Source: Bacteroidia bacterium (lineage in GTDB: Bacteria > Bacteroidota > Bacteroidia > NS11-12g > UBA9320). Taken from it: a stretch of 64,000 nucleotides of DNA. The DNA lies in the NCBI GenBank assembly GCA_965216465.1, contig CBDCFW010000003.1:224001-288000 (forward strand). The letters run 5' to 3'. Made by a program: the position numbers and the translations under genes. Positions 29,948 through 39,902 of the stretch are shown here, in pieces; the first letter of the stretch is position 1, and every line of letters begins with the position of its first letter. The notes beneath the pieces are model-generated. The model saw only the letters and a list, made by a program, of their open reading frames with translations. It made no database searches and was not told the DNA's origin.

Positions 29948-30292
29948 TATTGTATTTGATACACTCTGTACAAATGCTATTGAAAACTAATTAGCTACTA
30001 CTTGTAAATAATTGATTTGAAACGTTTATACTTGTATTCTAAAATATAAGGCTTAAGCTGATAGATGAGCAATTCTTTGTTCATGAAATCAACAAGTAAG
30101 CTTAAATAAAGATTGAGACTTAATCATAAACCTCTGTATAAGTCTATTGCGTAGCTATTTATAAACCACTCGAGTTTCGAGCGATATAGCTGGACTGCAT
30201 TAATCCTGCCTGGAATCATTGACCCCTTCTTTGACCTCCTCATTGACCCCCTAATCCCTTCATAACAAAAATTTGTAATTATTGCTAGATTG

Positions 30293-30847
30293 TTTTCCCA
30301 TAGGTGGACCAGCAAGTAAAGCCTAGCACTGCGTGCTATTGTCTTTTTTATATCCAAATCGTTAAAGCAAATTGGGATTAAGCTCCCTCATTGACCCCCG
30401 GTCGCTTTTTTCCATATGGTGGGCCTAACAAGTAAGCCAGTGTGCTACGTGTTCTGTGCCTTTTATTTGTCAACAAATGATATAGGATTAAGCTACCTTT
30501 GGTCGCTTTTTCCCATATGGTGGTTCCTACATGCAAAGCCAGTGTGCTACGCGTTCTGTGCCTTTTATTTGTCAACAAATGATATGGGATTAAGCTCCCG
30601 CATTGACCCCCGGTCGCTTTTTCCCATGTGGTGGTTCCTACATGCTAAGCCAGTGTGCTACGCACTAGCTGTCTATTTTTTACCCATCTGCTTAAGCAAG
30701 CTTAGAAGGATTAACCTCCCTTCGTTATCACTTCAGTCGGTTTTTCCCATATGGTGGTTACTACAAGCAAAGCCTAGCACTACGTGCTATTGTCTTTTTT
30801 ATACCCAATGCTTAAAAGCGAGCTTTACGCATTGGGTATAAAAAAAG
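30293..30847. repeat. Degenerate tandem array of five structured units of about 100-125 bp
   Basis: Units start near 30293, 30406, 30507, 30618 and 30741 with a TTTCCCATATGGTGG...AAGCC-hairpin-T-run core; units 2 and 3 nearly identical over about 60 bp. Confidence 0.85.
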
Positions 30848-30871
30848 CCAGTCCCCTCTGGGACTGGCTTT
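30841..30871 (-). terminator. Intrinsic terminator of tRNA-Ser
   Basis: AAAGCCAGTCCC-ctct-GGGACTGGCTTT; U tail on minus strand. Confidence 0.85.
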
Positions 30872-30875
30872 GCTT

Positions 30876-30961
<86 letters not shown>

Positions 30962-31057
30962 AATGACATTTACTCGCTCCAAAAAGTTGATATTTTTACC
31001 CCCTTTTTGTTAGAGTGCTGCAAAAATAAACCAATACTTATTTTTTCAAACAAAAAT

Positions 31058-31972
31058 CTAAGAAGCTTTATCGATACTTTTATTTAACTCAAATCCGATG
31101 AGTACAACAAAGCAATTAAAGAAGATTAAAATCATGAGTACCAGTAGTGTTCCAACCGATCCGTATAGCTTGTTGTAAGAGTTAAAATTCTCTACATATT
31201 TGGTAAACCCATAGGTAGTAAGTATCGATAATATCGTTGCTAATGTGCTTCCCGCACTGAAAAATCGCCACTTGGTTGCTCGGCTCGATCCAAAGTAATA
31301 CAACGAGCTAAAAATCAAATACACCAACACCACTGTTAAGAAGTATTCAACTGCTAGCAGTGTGAAACGCATAACAGCTTCATTAACTGCCGTTTTTCCT
31401 TCTATATAATCTATTGAATATTGGAAAAGAATGGATACCAAAATTGTGGTAATCAATATGCTAACAACCAACACTAAGATTCCTGTACTTTTGATTCGAG
31501 TAGCAATCCAACTTCTTCTAAGCTTAGTTTCTATCCCCACCTCAAAGGCTGACAACATATTTGCAAAGCCCGTACTTGCAAAGTACAACGCTGCAACAAA
31601 ACCAAAAGATAGTAATCCGGCGTTTTGATTGTTCACTATGTCATCGATGGTGTCTTTCATAAATGAGTAAGCATTGTCGGGTAGAAAGATGGCAAGCAAG
31701 GCAGTAATTTGCTCACCAAAACTATCAATGGGTATATAGGGAATTAAGGTAAATAGAAAGATGATTAACGGAAAAATCGCAATAAAAAAGTTAAATGCTA
31801 ATGATGAGGCAATTAAACTAAGGTCTTCTTGAAATAATCCCTTAACAAAAAACTTCCCAACTTCATAAATCGACTTGCGTTTAAAGCCAGGCAAACTCAC
31901 ATTTCCAAGCTTGCTATCCAGAAATTTGTCGAGACGAATAAAAGCGGATATTATTTTTCTTTTAACTTTCAC
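31058..31972 (-). CDS. YihY/virulence factor BrkB family membrane protein
   Basis: ASSLAFNFF.AIFP; F..Y..NF.SYNKLYGS.G; start probably GTG 31972. Confidence 0.88.
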   Translation of the reverse strand: MKVKRKIISAFIRLDKFLDSKLGNVSLPGFKRKSIYEVGKFFVKGLFQEDLSLIASSLAFNFFIAIFPLIIFLFTLIPYIPIDSFGEQITALLAIFLPDNAYSFMKDTIDDIVNNQNAGLLSFGFVAALYFASTGFANMLSAFEVGIETKLRRSWIATRIKSTGILVLVVSILITTILVSILFQYSIDYIEGKTAVNEAVMRFTLLAVEYFLTVVLVYLIFSSLYYFGSSRATKWRFFSAGSTLATILSILTTYGFTKYVENFNSYNKLYGSVGTLLVLMILIFFNCFVVLIGFELNKSIDKAS

Positions 31973-32027
31973 AGAATAAGCGGTGCAAATTATAAGAAAT
32001 AAATAGCTTTGCCCCAATTTTAATCAT

Positions 32028-33080
32028 ATGTCAAAAGTACACAACTTTTCAGCCGGACCAGCAATTCTACCTCAGGAGGTAATTGATAACTGTGCTTCTG
32101 CAGTTCAGAATTTTAATGGATCCAATCTATCTTTAATTGAAGTGTCTCACAGAGGCAAAGATTTTGTTGAAGTAATGGACGAAGCTCGAAGCTTGGTTAA
32201 AAAAATCATGAAGCTTGGAGACGACTACGAAGTGCTTTATCTTCAAGGTGGAGCGAGCACCCAGTTTCTAATGGTAGCAATGAATCTTTTAGAAACGAAA
32301 GCTGCATATACCAACACAGGTACTTGGGCAGGAAAGGCAATAAAAGAGGCGGACTACTGCGGTCAAGTAGATGTGCTCGCTAGCTCAAAAGATGCTAATT
32401 TCAATTACATCCCGAAAGATTACAGCATTGCTGATGACTACGACTATTTTCACTGTACATCTAACAACACCATATTTGGTACGCAAATGAAGTCGTTCCC
32501 TGAAACGAATGTGCCTTTAGTATGTGATATGAGTTCAGATATATTCAGTAGAGAATTAGACTTTTCTAAGTTCGATTTGATTTATGCTGGAGCTCAGAAA
32601 AACATGGGACCTGCCGGAACGACATTAGTAGTGATTAAAAAAGACATTCTTGGAAAAGTAACACGAAGAATTCCAACTATGTTAAACTATCAAACACATA
32701 TTGATAAAGATTCAATGTTTAATACTCCATCTGTTTTTGCAGTATATGGATGCATGCAAACATTAAGATGGATTGATAAACAAGGCCTTGCTGAAATTGA
32801 AAGAATCAACGAAGCGAAAGGAGCTCTTCTTTATAATGAAATTGATAATAATGAGTTGTTTAAAGGTACAACTGCTATCGAAGATCGTTCGCTGATGAAT
32901 GTCACTTTTGTTTTAAAGGATGATTCATTAAACGATAAATTCTTTAAGGCTGCTACTGAAGCAAATATCAGTGGAATTAAAGGACACCGTTCTGTTGGAG
33001 GTTTTAGAGCAAGCACGTATAACGCTCTAGGCCAAGACAGCATTGAAGCTCTTGTTAATGTAATGCAAACGTTTAATTAA
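32028..33080 (+). CDS. serC: Phosphoserine aminotransferase
   Basis: NFSAGPA.LP; SHR; DMSSD; GAQKN.GPAG; GHRSVGG.RAS.YN. Confidence 0.96.
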   Translation: MSKVHNFSAGPAILPQEVIDNCASAVQNFNGSNLSLIEVSHRGKDFVEVMDEARSLVKKIMKLGDDYEVLYLQGGASTQFLMVAMNLLETKAAYTNTGTWAGKAIKEADYCGQVDVLASSKDANFNYIPKDYSIADDYDYFHCTSNNTIFGTQMKSFPETNVPLVCDMSSDIFSRELDFSKFDLIYAGAQKNMGPAGTTLVVIKKDILGKVTRRIPTMLNYQTHIDKDSMFNTPSVFAVYGCMQTLRWIDKQGLAEIERINEAKGALLYNEIDNNELFKGTTAIEDRSLMNVTFVLKDDSLNDKFFKAATEANISGIKGHRSVGGFRASTYNALGQDSIEALVNVMQTFN

Positions 33081-33088
33081 CTCGTAAC

Positions 33089-34042
33089 ATGAAAATATTA
33101 ATAAACGACGGTCTACATCAAGCTGGTCAAGACTTATTAGCTCAAGCCGGATTTGAATTGGATTTGAATACCATTCCACAAGACGAATTGGTAAATAAAT
33201 TGAATGACTACGACGCTATATTGGTTCGTAGTGCAACTAAAGTACGTCAAGAACATATAGACGCAGCCCCTAACTTAAAGTTGATTGGTAGAGGTGGAGT
33301 TGGACTTGATAATATTGATGTCGATTATGCCAAATCAAAAGGAGTGGCTGTACTAAATACTCCTGCTGCATCTTCACGATCAGTTGCTGAATTGGCAATG
33401 GCTCACTTGTTTTCAATCGTTCGATTTTTGCCAATGGTAAACAAGAAAATGGCCGTTGACGGAATTTCAGATTTCAAAACATTAAAGAAAACAGCTTCAA
33501 AGGGAATAGAGCTTAAAGGTAAGACACTTGGTTTAATCGGATTTGGAAGAATAGGAAAAGAAACAGCTTCTATCGCTCTTGGATGCGGAATGAAGATTAT
33601 GGCTTTTGATCCCTACCTGTCTAGCGGTGAAGTTAAGTTAAATCTTCATCCTGAGTACGACAATAATTACTCGATTCATATCGATACAGTTTCTAAAATA
33701 GATTTATTGAAACATGCAGACTTTATCAGCTTGCATATTCCAGGTGGCCAAGGCTACATCTTAGATACAGTAGATTTCAATATGATGAAAGAAGGAGTTG
33801 GTATTGTAAACTGTGCTCGCGGTGGGACTATTAATGAGAAGGCTTTAGTTGCTGCAATAGAATCTGGAAAGGTTAAATATGCTGCAACTGACGTTTTCGA
33901 ATCTGAACCTCCGGTAGACGAAGCAATTTTAAGAATTGACGAAGTTGGTTTAAGTCCACACATTGGTGCATCGACAAAAGAAGCTCAAGAAAGAGTGGGA
34001 GTTGAGCTAGCTGAGCAAATTATTGAGTACTTCGATAAGTAA
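33089..34042 (+). CDS. serA: D-3-phosphoglycerate dehydrogenase
   Basis: VRSATKV; RGGVGLDNID; GFGRIG; NCARGG; PHIGAST; follows serC. Confidence 0.9.
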   Translation: MKILINDGLHQAGQDLLAQAGFELDLNTIPQDELVNKLNDYDAILVRSATKVRQEHIDAAPNLKLIGRGGVGLDNIDVDYAKSKGVAVLNTPAASSRSVAELAMAHLFSIVRFLPMVNKKMAVDGISDFKTLKKTASKGIELKGKTLGLIGFGRIGKETASIALGCGMKIMAFDPYLSSGEVKLNLHPEYDNNYSIHIDTVSKIDLLKHADFISLHIPGGQGYILDTVDFNMMKEGVGIVNCARGGTINEKALVAAIESGKVKYAATDVFESEPPVDEAILRIDEVGLSPHIGASTKEAQERVGVELAEQIIEYFDK

Positions 34043-35226
34043 TGCCAAAGGTATTTCCATTCAAGGCCTTGCGGCCAATGCCTGAGTATGCCAGTAAGGT
34101 TTCTGCACGATCTTCAGATTTCAGCAATCAAAACCTTTTGGCAGAGGAGATTCGGACTAATCCGTTCACCTTTCATCATGTGACTAAAAATCACTTGAAT
34201 TATAGCGGTGCATTTCAAGAACCCGAAAAGTTCTTGCCCTTTGCAGCTCGCTTTGTTCAAGAAATGAAGGAGAAAGAAATCTTAATTACTGACGAAAAAG
34301 ATAGCTTTTACCTATACGAACAAATTAATCCAAAGGGTAGACACATAAAAGGTGTTATAGGTCTTTGTAGTGTTGATGACCTAAGAAATGATGTTATTAA
34401 AAAGCACGAAGAGATACGACCGAGCAGATTAAAATTTCTAGTAGAGCTGTTTAAGACAACAAAGGTAATGGGAGAACCAACCTTACTAGCTCACGCGGAG
34501 CCACTTGTTTTTGATGATAGTAAAGCTGTGGTTGTAAGTTCGTTTACTTCAATTGATGGTAAACATCACGAAATTAAGAGGATTGACGATGATGAGGTTG
34601 TTGCAGATATTAAACGTCAATACGACGAAATGAACGCCTTTTATATTGCAGATGGTCATCACCGCTCTGCATCTATAGAAGAATTCAACAACCAATATCC
34701 GACCTTACATAATGACAAGAGTCTAAGTCTTATCTTGCAAGAAGACGAACTTGGAATAAAACCTTTTCACAGACTGATAAAGCCGGTACTTCCAGTTGAT
34801 CACGTAGAATTGCTAGATCAACTGTCTGCAAGGTTTGTTATAACAAAGCTCGATGATCACCTGTATGACCCGGAACAGAAACACGATTTTGGTTTGTACA
34901 TGGATAAACAGTGGTATAAGCTGGTTTCTAAAGAAAAATCAGATCGAATGGATATGGAGATTTTAGAGGATGATGTCGTACGTGAAATTTTCAAAATTGC
35001 CGATAGCCGTACAGATTCTCAAATTTCGTTTCATCCCTATGGTGCGGGATTAACGAGCCTAGTAAATCTAGTAGATTCAGGAACTTTCGATATTGCTTTC
35101 ACTAGTAAGGCTTGCAATTTTAGAGAAGTGCGAAAGGTTTCAGATGAACATCACACACTTCCTGCAAAGTCAACATACATAGAGCCTAAGCTCAGAGCGG
35201 GTATGATCATACAAGAATTCTATTAA
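34042..35226 (+). CDS. DUF1015 family protein
   Basis: PFKALRP; IKKHE; YIADGHHR; KSTY.EPKLR.G; typical serC-serA neighbour. Confidence 0.9.
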   Translation: MPKVFPFKALRPMPEYASKVSARSSDFSNQNLLAEEIRTNPFTFHHVTKNHLNYSGAFQEPEKFLPFAARFVQEMKEKEILITDEKDSFYLYEQINPKGRHIKGVIGLCSVDDLRNDVIKKHEEIRPSRLKFLVELFKTTKVMGEPTLLAHAEPLVFDDSKAVVVSSFTSIDGKHHEIKRIDDDEVVADIKRQYDEMNAFYIADGHHRSASIEEFNNQYPTLHNDKSLSLILQEDELGIKPFHRLIKPVLPVDHVELLDQLSARFVITKLDDHLYDPEQKHDFGLYMDKQWYKLVSKEKSDRMDMEILEDDVVREIFKIADSRTDSQISFHPYGAGLTSLVNLVDSGTFDIAFTSKACNFREVRKVSDEHHTLPAKSTYIEPKLRAGMIIQEFY

Positions 35227-35227
35227 C

Positions 35228-35260
35228 AAAAAAAATCCCGCGAAGAGCGGGATTTTTTTT
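35228..35260. terminator. Bidirectional intrinsic terminator
   Basis: A run-ATCCCGC-gaaga-GCGGGAT-T run between convergent genes. Confidence 0.85.
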
Positions 35261-35276
35261 AATCTCATTTTTATGT

Positions 35277-35813
35277 TTAAGCCAAAGCGAACTTGCGTTG
35301 AGTAGCTAAGGTATATACGCCGTATATAGCAACACTGAATACAAGCTGACTTACTAAAGTTGCTCTAAAGAATGGAATACCAGCATCCATACAAGCGATT
35401 AAACCGCTAAAGGTTTTAGGATACATTTCAAGATACATCCATGCACCAAAGTTAGAAATCAAGAAGAATACAGCTGCAGCTCCAAGGCTTCCACCAATTA
35501 CGTTTAGAAGTGAAGGTTTCTTCGCTAAAAGCATTCCCAAACCTATAATCGCTGCAAATGCTAGATATACCATAAGAAATCCTGAAGAGAATAAGTAGCT
35601 GGCAGCGTCAGGGGAGGTAGAGGCTAATAATAAGTCACCAAAGAACAAAGCTCCTAAAGGAATTGCAAAAGCAATAGCTCTTCTTCCAAATAACAAGCCG
35701 CCCATCAGAGCAATAGCTCCAACAGGATTAAAATTCTCAATCGGAATTACCATTCTTAAAGTTACCAATGCTACAAACAGAAGGGTAAGGATAATTATTT
35801 CGCTTTTTTTCAT
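35277..35813 (-). CDS. DUF6580/BtuM-like S-component membrane transporter
   Basis: NF.PVGAIAL.GG; FFLISNFG.W...YPKT..GL..C..AGIPFFR. Confidence 0.8.
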   Translation of the reverse strand: MKKSEIIILTLLFVALVTLRMVIPIENFNPVGAIALMGGLLFGRRAIAFAIPLGALFFGDLLLASTSPDAASYLFSSGFLMVYLAFAAIIGLGMLLAKKPSLLNVIGGSLGAAAVFFLISNFGAWMYLEMYPKTFSGLIACMDAGIPFFRATLVSQLVFSVAIYGVYTLATQRKFALA

Positions 35814-35989
35814 TGAATTCGTATTGTTTCAACAAAGGTAAAAATCTTTTCATCTGATGAAAGTACGACATACTGACAGGTTGTTAATAAATGTTAAAAC
35901 ATCAACATTTAAACGCTAGTAGTCAGGGCGTTATACCTTTAATCGAAACCTAATTAAAACTTAAAAAATATATTTCATCCCATCAATGT

Positions 35990-36045
35990 TTAACAAATGT
36001 TAATTTAACAAATGTTAACTCTTTTACATTTGTAAACAATTGTAA
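35990..36045. promoter_or_regulatory. Array of palindromic operator-like sites overlapping the HTH gene promoter
   Basis: TTAACAAATGTTAA at 35990 and 36005; TTTACATTTGTAAA at 36023, which contains the -7 box TACATTTG. Confidence 0.6.
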
Positions 36046-36392
36046 TGAGTATCAATTCAAGGGTAGAGTCTCTAATTAAAAAGGTAGCTTCAACGAAGGC
36101 TAGCTTTTCTCAAGCTACGGGTATTAGCTCAGTAATTCTTTCGCACATAAGTTCAGGAAGAAATAAGGTGAGTTTGACTGCAGTTGAGCAAATTCTAAAA
36201 GCGTATCCAAGTGTAAACGCAGAATGGTTGATTTTAGGAAAAGGATCGATGTTTAAAGATGCCTTAAATCCAGACCTAATTAATGAGCTGCAGTCAACGA
36301 TAAAAGATCTTGAATCGGAATTAGACCAATCGGTTAAGTCTTTTAAAGGTAAAATTGATGCGCTGAGTGAGCAATTGAGGGAGCACCAATAG
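36045..36392 (+). CDS. XRE-family HTH transcriptional regulator
   Basis: SFSQATGISS..LSHI.SGRNK.SL...P.VN.EWL..GKG.M. Confidence 0.88.
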   Translation: MSINSRVESLIKKVASTKASFSQATGISSVILSHISSGRNKVSLTAVEQILKAYPSVNAEWLILGKGSMFKDALNPDLINELQSTIKDLESELDQSVKSFKGKIDALSEQLREHQ

Positions 36393-36442
36393 CACATCAG
36401 GCCCGAATCTGCTTCGAATTGACTATATTGCGGCTGCTAAAT

Positions 36443-39400
36443 ATGAGAAGTATTACTACTGTAATTTTAAGCCTTTGCGTTCTTGCAGGCTTTTCAATTC
36501 AAAATCCCAACATAAAATTAATAAAAGACCACATTAAATTGCAGGTTAAGAATGTTGATTCTGAACTTACATTTGAAATCACATCAGAAGTGCCTGGATC
36601 TAATGGTGTAGTACACTACTACGGAAATCAAACATACAGCGGACTACATATTCACAAGGCTACTTTTAATGCCAGTATCAAGAATAGTCAGGTTGTTAAT
36701 TTTCATCAAGCCTTTGTTACAAACCCCGAGTCGAGGGTGAAATCTGAAACTTTCAACTTAAAGCCACTTCAAGCACTTCAACGACTTGTTGCTGATTATC
36801 AATTAGATGAGAAGCTTATGGTAGAAATGGCTTCAGATGAGTTTATGTATTGGGATGTCGACTTATCTGATGAAGTGGTTAAGATTTACAAGCGTTGGTA
36901 TTTAAAAGAAAACCAGTTAATTCCAGTTTATGAAATTTCATTATATGAAATTGATCATGAACATTGGTACAGCACGCGTTTAGATGCCTCTACAGGAGAA
37001 ATCTTAGACCGCAACGATTGGGTTGTACACTGCAACTTAGAAGGAAGTCACAGCGTTTTACGTAATGCATTACCTGAGGTGAACGAGACTAACCAAGTAA
37101 ATAAAGTGGATGGAACGGCTAGCTATCGAGTGTTTGCCATGCCTCTTGAAAGCCCACGCCATGGAAATAGAACTATTGAGGTCGATCCTGATGATGCCGA
37201 CGCATCTCCATACGGATGGCATGATACCGATGGGAGTGATGGTGCTGAGTTTACCATTACAAGAGGAAACAATGTTTTTGCACGAGATGACAAAGACGGA
37301 AACAATTCGGGCGGTTCTAGCCCAGATGGAGGAAGCACCTTAACATTTAATGATAGTTTTGATATAAATCAAAGTGCTGCACTATTTACAGATGCTGCAA
37401 TTACCAATTTATTCTATTGGAATAACATCATGCACGACGTTTGGTGGCATTATGGTTTTGATGAGGCCTCAGGAAACTTTCAGGCCAATAATTATGGTAA
37501 TGGAGGTCGACAAAATGATTTTGTTCGTGCAGATGCCCAAGATGGTTCTGGAACGAACAATGCAAACTTTGCTACTCCTCCAGATGGCTCAAACCCAAGA
37601 ATGCAGATGTACTTATGGGGAAGTTCTTCGTCTTCGGATTATTTCCAAGTAAACGCACCACAGTCTGCTGCGGGCAAGTATGGGGCTAAAAGAGCTGCTT
37701 TTGGACCAAACCTAAGTACAACACCAATCACAGAGGATTTAGTTTTGGTTGATGACGGAACGGGCGTTACTCAAGATGGATGCGAAACAATTACCAATAC
37801 CACAGAAATTAGCGGTAAAATAGCAATGGTACAGCGAGGGTCTTGTCCATTCGTTCAGAAAGTTAAAAATGCCCAAAATGCAGGTGCCATTGGTGTTGTG
37901 GTTTACAATAATCAAACCGCCACAGTAACGGCAATGGGTGGTTCTGATGCTACAATAACCATTCCTTCAGTCTTTATAGAAAAGAATAATGGAGATTATA
38001 TCAGCGGACTTCTAGGCTCTGAAACAGTGAACGTTTCGTTGTACGATTCTTCGTTTTCAGATCCAAGTATAAAGGATAGTGACTTTGATAATGGAGTTAT
38101 TGCTCATGAATACGGACACGGAATTTCAAATCGATTAACCGGAGGACCTTTGGCAGCCGGTTGCCTTACCAATCAAGAACAGATGGGTGAAGGTTGGAGT
38201 GACTTCTTTTCGCTTGTAATGACGCATGAACCAGGTGACCAAGGAGCTGACAAAAGAGGAATAGGAACTTACGTAAGAGGCCAAGGCGTAAATGGTAATG
38301 GTATTCGACCTCATCCATACTCTACAAGCTTAGCCATCAGTCCTTACAATTATGATGATGTGAAGACATTCTCAGTGCCTCACGGTGTTGGAAGTGTTTG
38401 GTGTTCAATGCTTTGGGATATGTATTGGGCCATGATTGACGAACATGGTTACGATTCAGACATATACAACGGTACTGGAGGAAACAATATGGCTATGCAA
38501 CTTGTAATCGACGGAATGAAATTGCAACCTTGTAATCCAGGCTTTGTGGATGGTAGAGACGCAATTATTCTAGCTGATAAGTTGAATAACAATGGACAAA
38601 ATGAGCGGTTAATTTGGGAAGTGTTTGCAAGACGCGGATTGGGTTATGATGCTGATCAAGGGTCTACGTACGATCGTGGTGACGGTACAGAAGATTACTC
38701 GATGCCACCTTATTTAACCGATGAGCTAATAATAACGAAAACAGCAGTACTTGAATCTAAGAACGATTCTGCTCTGACCTATACAATCAAAGCAATCAAT
38801 TCTACTTTAAATACAATTTATAATGTTGAGTTAATTGACACCTTAGACCAAGCGGTATTGCTTAACGAAGGTTCTATTGGCTGTAATTCAAGCTATGACG
38901 ATATTAGTTCAACACTTGTTTTCTATCTGGATTCGATTGTTGCAGGAGACACCTTTGTATGTTTATTTTCGGTAATACCACAGTTTGAGACCAGCACAAA
39001 AGTTCTTATGACTGAAGATTTTGAATCAGGTGATGGCGGATGGGCTTCTGAGTTTTTATCAGGACGCTCTTCTTGGGTAAGATCTCAGGCTAATCCCAAC
39101 AGTGGAGATTATAGCTGGTATGCCGAGGAAGGAACTAGTATTACCGATTTCGGTCTGGTGAACAAAATAATGATTACCGACAGTCACGGTATACTTGGAT
39201 TCAGTCATTGGTATGATACCGAGTCTGGATGGGATGGAGGTGTGATTGAAATTCGTACACCGACAACCGATTGGGAAGATGCAGGCCCTTATTTCTATAT
39301 GAATGGCTACAATGGGGTAATTGGCCAGAATCAATGGGCTCTACTATCAGGAAGACCAGCATTTACTGGAAACAGTGGTGGGTATATTAATTCTAAGCTA

Positions 39401-39862
39401 GATGTTAGTGATTTTGTTGGTGAAGAGCTTGAAGTTCGGTTCAGATTTTCTTGCGACTCAGGAACAGCAGGAAATGGCTGGTACATTGATGACATTATCT
39501 TAGAAACAGGCTTTTTAGTAGAGAATAAGCTAAATGCCTCTTACGACCCCAATAAAGAAGACGAGGTCGGAGTTGTTACCTACATCTTTGGTGATGCTTA
39601 CGTTCCAAATGTGTCAATTAAAACGTTTAAAGCACATCAATTGAACATCTATCCAAATCCGACATCCGATAAAATCACGATCGAATCGAGCATTGAGAAA
39701 TCATACAATGTTGAAATTCTTGATGCCAATGGTCGATTAGTCTTTGGCGATAAATTTGAAAACACGACAACTATTGACGTTGAATCGTGGGCTACAGGAG
39801 TTTATTTGATTAAACTAGAAAACGAGAACGAAATCGTTCAAGGGAAATTTATTAAGAAGTAA
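36443..39862 (+). CDS. T9SS-secreted M36 (fungalysin) metallopeptidase with PA domain
   Basis: GFDE.SGNFQ; NNANF.TPPDG; HEYGHGIS.RLTGG; MGEGWSD; PA insert RG.C.F..K..NAQ.AGA; YPNP CTD. Confidence 0.92.
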   Translation: MRSITTVILSLCVLAGFSIQNPNIKLIKDHIKLQVKNVDSELTFEITSEVPGSNGVVHYYGNQTYSGLHIHKATFNASIKNSQVVNFHQAFVTNPESRVKSETFNLKPLQALQRLVADYQLDEKLMVEMASDEFMYWDVDLSDEVVKIYKRWYLKENQLIPVYEISLYEIDHEHWYSTRLDASTGEILDRNDWVVHCNLEGSHSVLRNALPEVNETNQVNKVDGTASYRVFAMPLESPRHGNRTIEVDPDDADASPYGWHDTDGSDGAEFTITRGNNVFARDDKDGNNSGGSSPDGGSTLTFNDSFDINQSAALFTDAAITNLFYWNNIMHDVWWHYGFDEASGNFQANNYGNGGRQNDFVRADAQDGSGTNNANFATPPDGSNPRMQMYLWGSSSSSDYFQVNAPQSAAGKYGAKRAAFGPNLSTTPITEDLVLVDDGTGVTQDGCETITNTTEISGKIAMVQRGSCPFVQKVKNAQNAGAIGVVVYNNQTATVTAMGGSDATITIPSVFIEKNNGDYISGLLGSETVNVSLYDSSFSDPSIKDSDFDNGVIAHEYGHGISNRLTGGPLAAGCLTNQEQMGEGWSDFFSLVMTHEPGDQGADKRGIGTYVRGQGVNGNGIRPHPYSTSLAISPYNYDDVKTFSVPHGVGSVWCSMLWDMYWAMIDEHGYDSDIYNGTGGNNMAMQLVIDGMKLQPCNPGFVDGRDAIILADKLNNNGQNERLIWEVFARRGLGYDADQGSTYDRGDGTEDYSMPPYLTDELIITKTAVLESKNDSALTYTIKAINSTLNTIYNVELIDTLDQAVLLNEGSIGCNSSYDDISSTLVFYLDSIVAGDTFVCLFSVIPQFETSTKVLMTEDFESGDGGWASEFLSGRSSWVRSQANPNSGDYSWYAEEGTSITDFGLVNKIMITDSHGILGFSHWYDTESGWDGGVIEIRTPTTDWEDAGPYFYMNGYNGVIGQNQWALLSGRPAFTGNSGGYINSKLDVSDFVGEELEVRFRFSCDSGTAGNGWYIDDIILETGFLVENKLNASYDPNKEDEVGVVTYIFGDAYVPNVSIKTFKAHQLNIYPNPTSDKITIESSIEKSYNVEILDANGRLVFGDKFENTTTIDVESWATGVYLIKLENENEIVQGKFIKK

Positions 39863-39902
39863 AAAGAATTTTGAACTACGAGAGGGTAATGCTGATTTAG
39901 CT

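Noticed and set aside
30293-30847. CRISPR array
   Set aside because: Cores are degenerate, the intervening parts of units 2/3 and 1/5 are shared rather than unique, periods of 100-125 bp are too long and irregular, and there are no cas genes in the window
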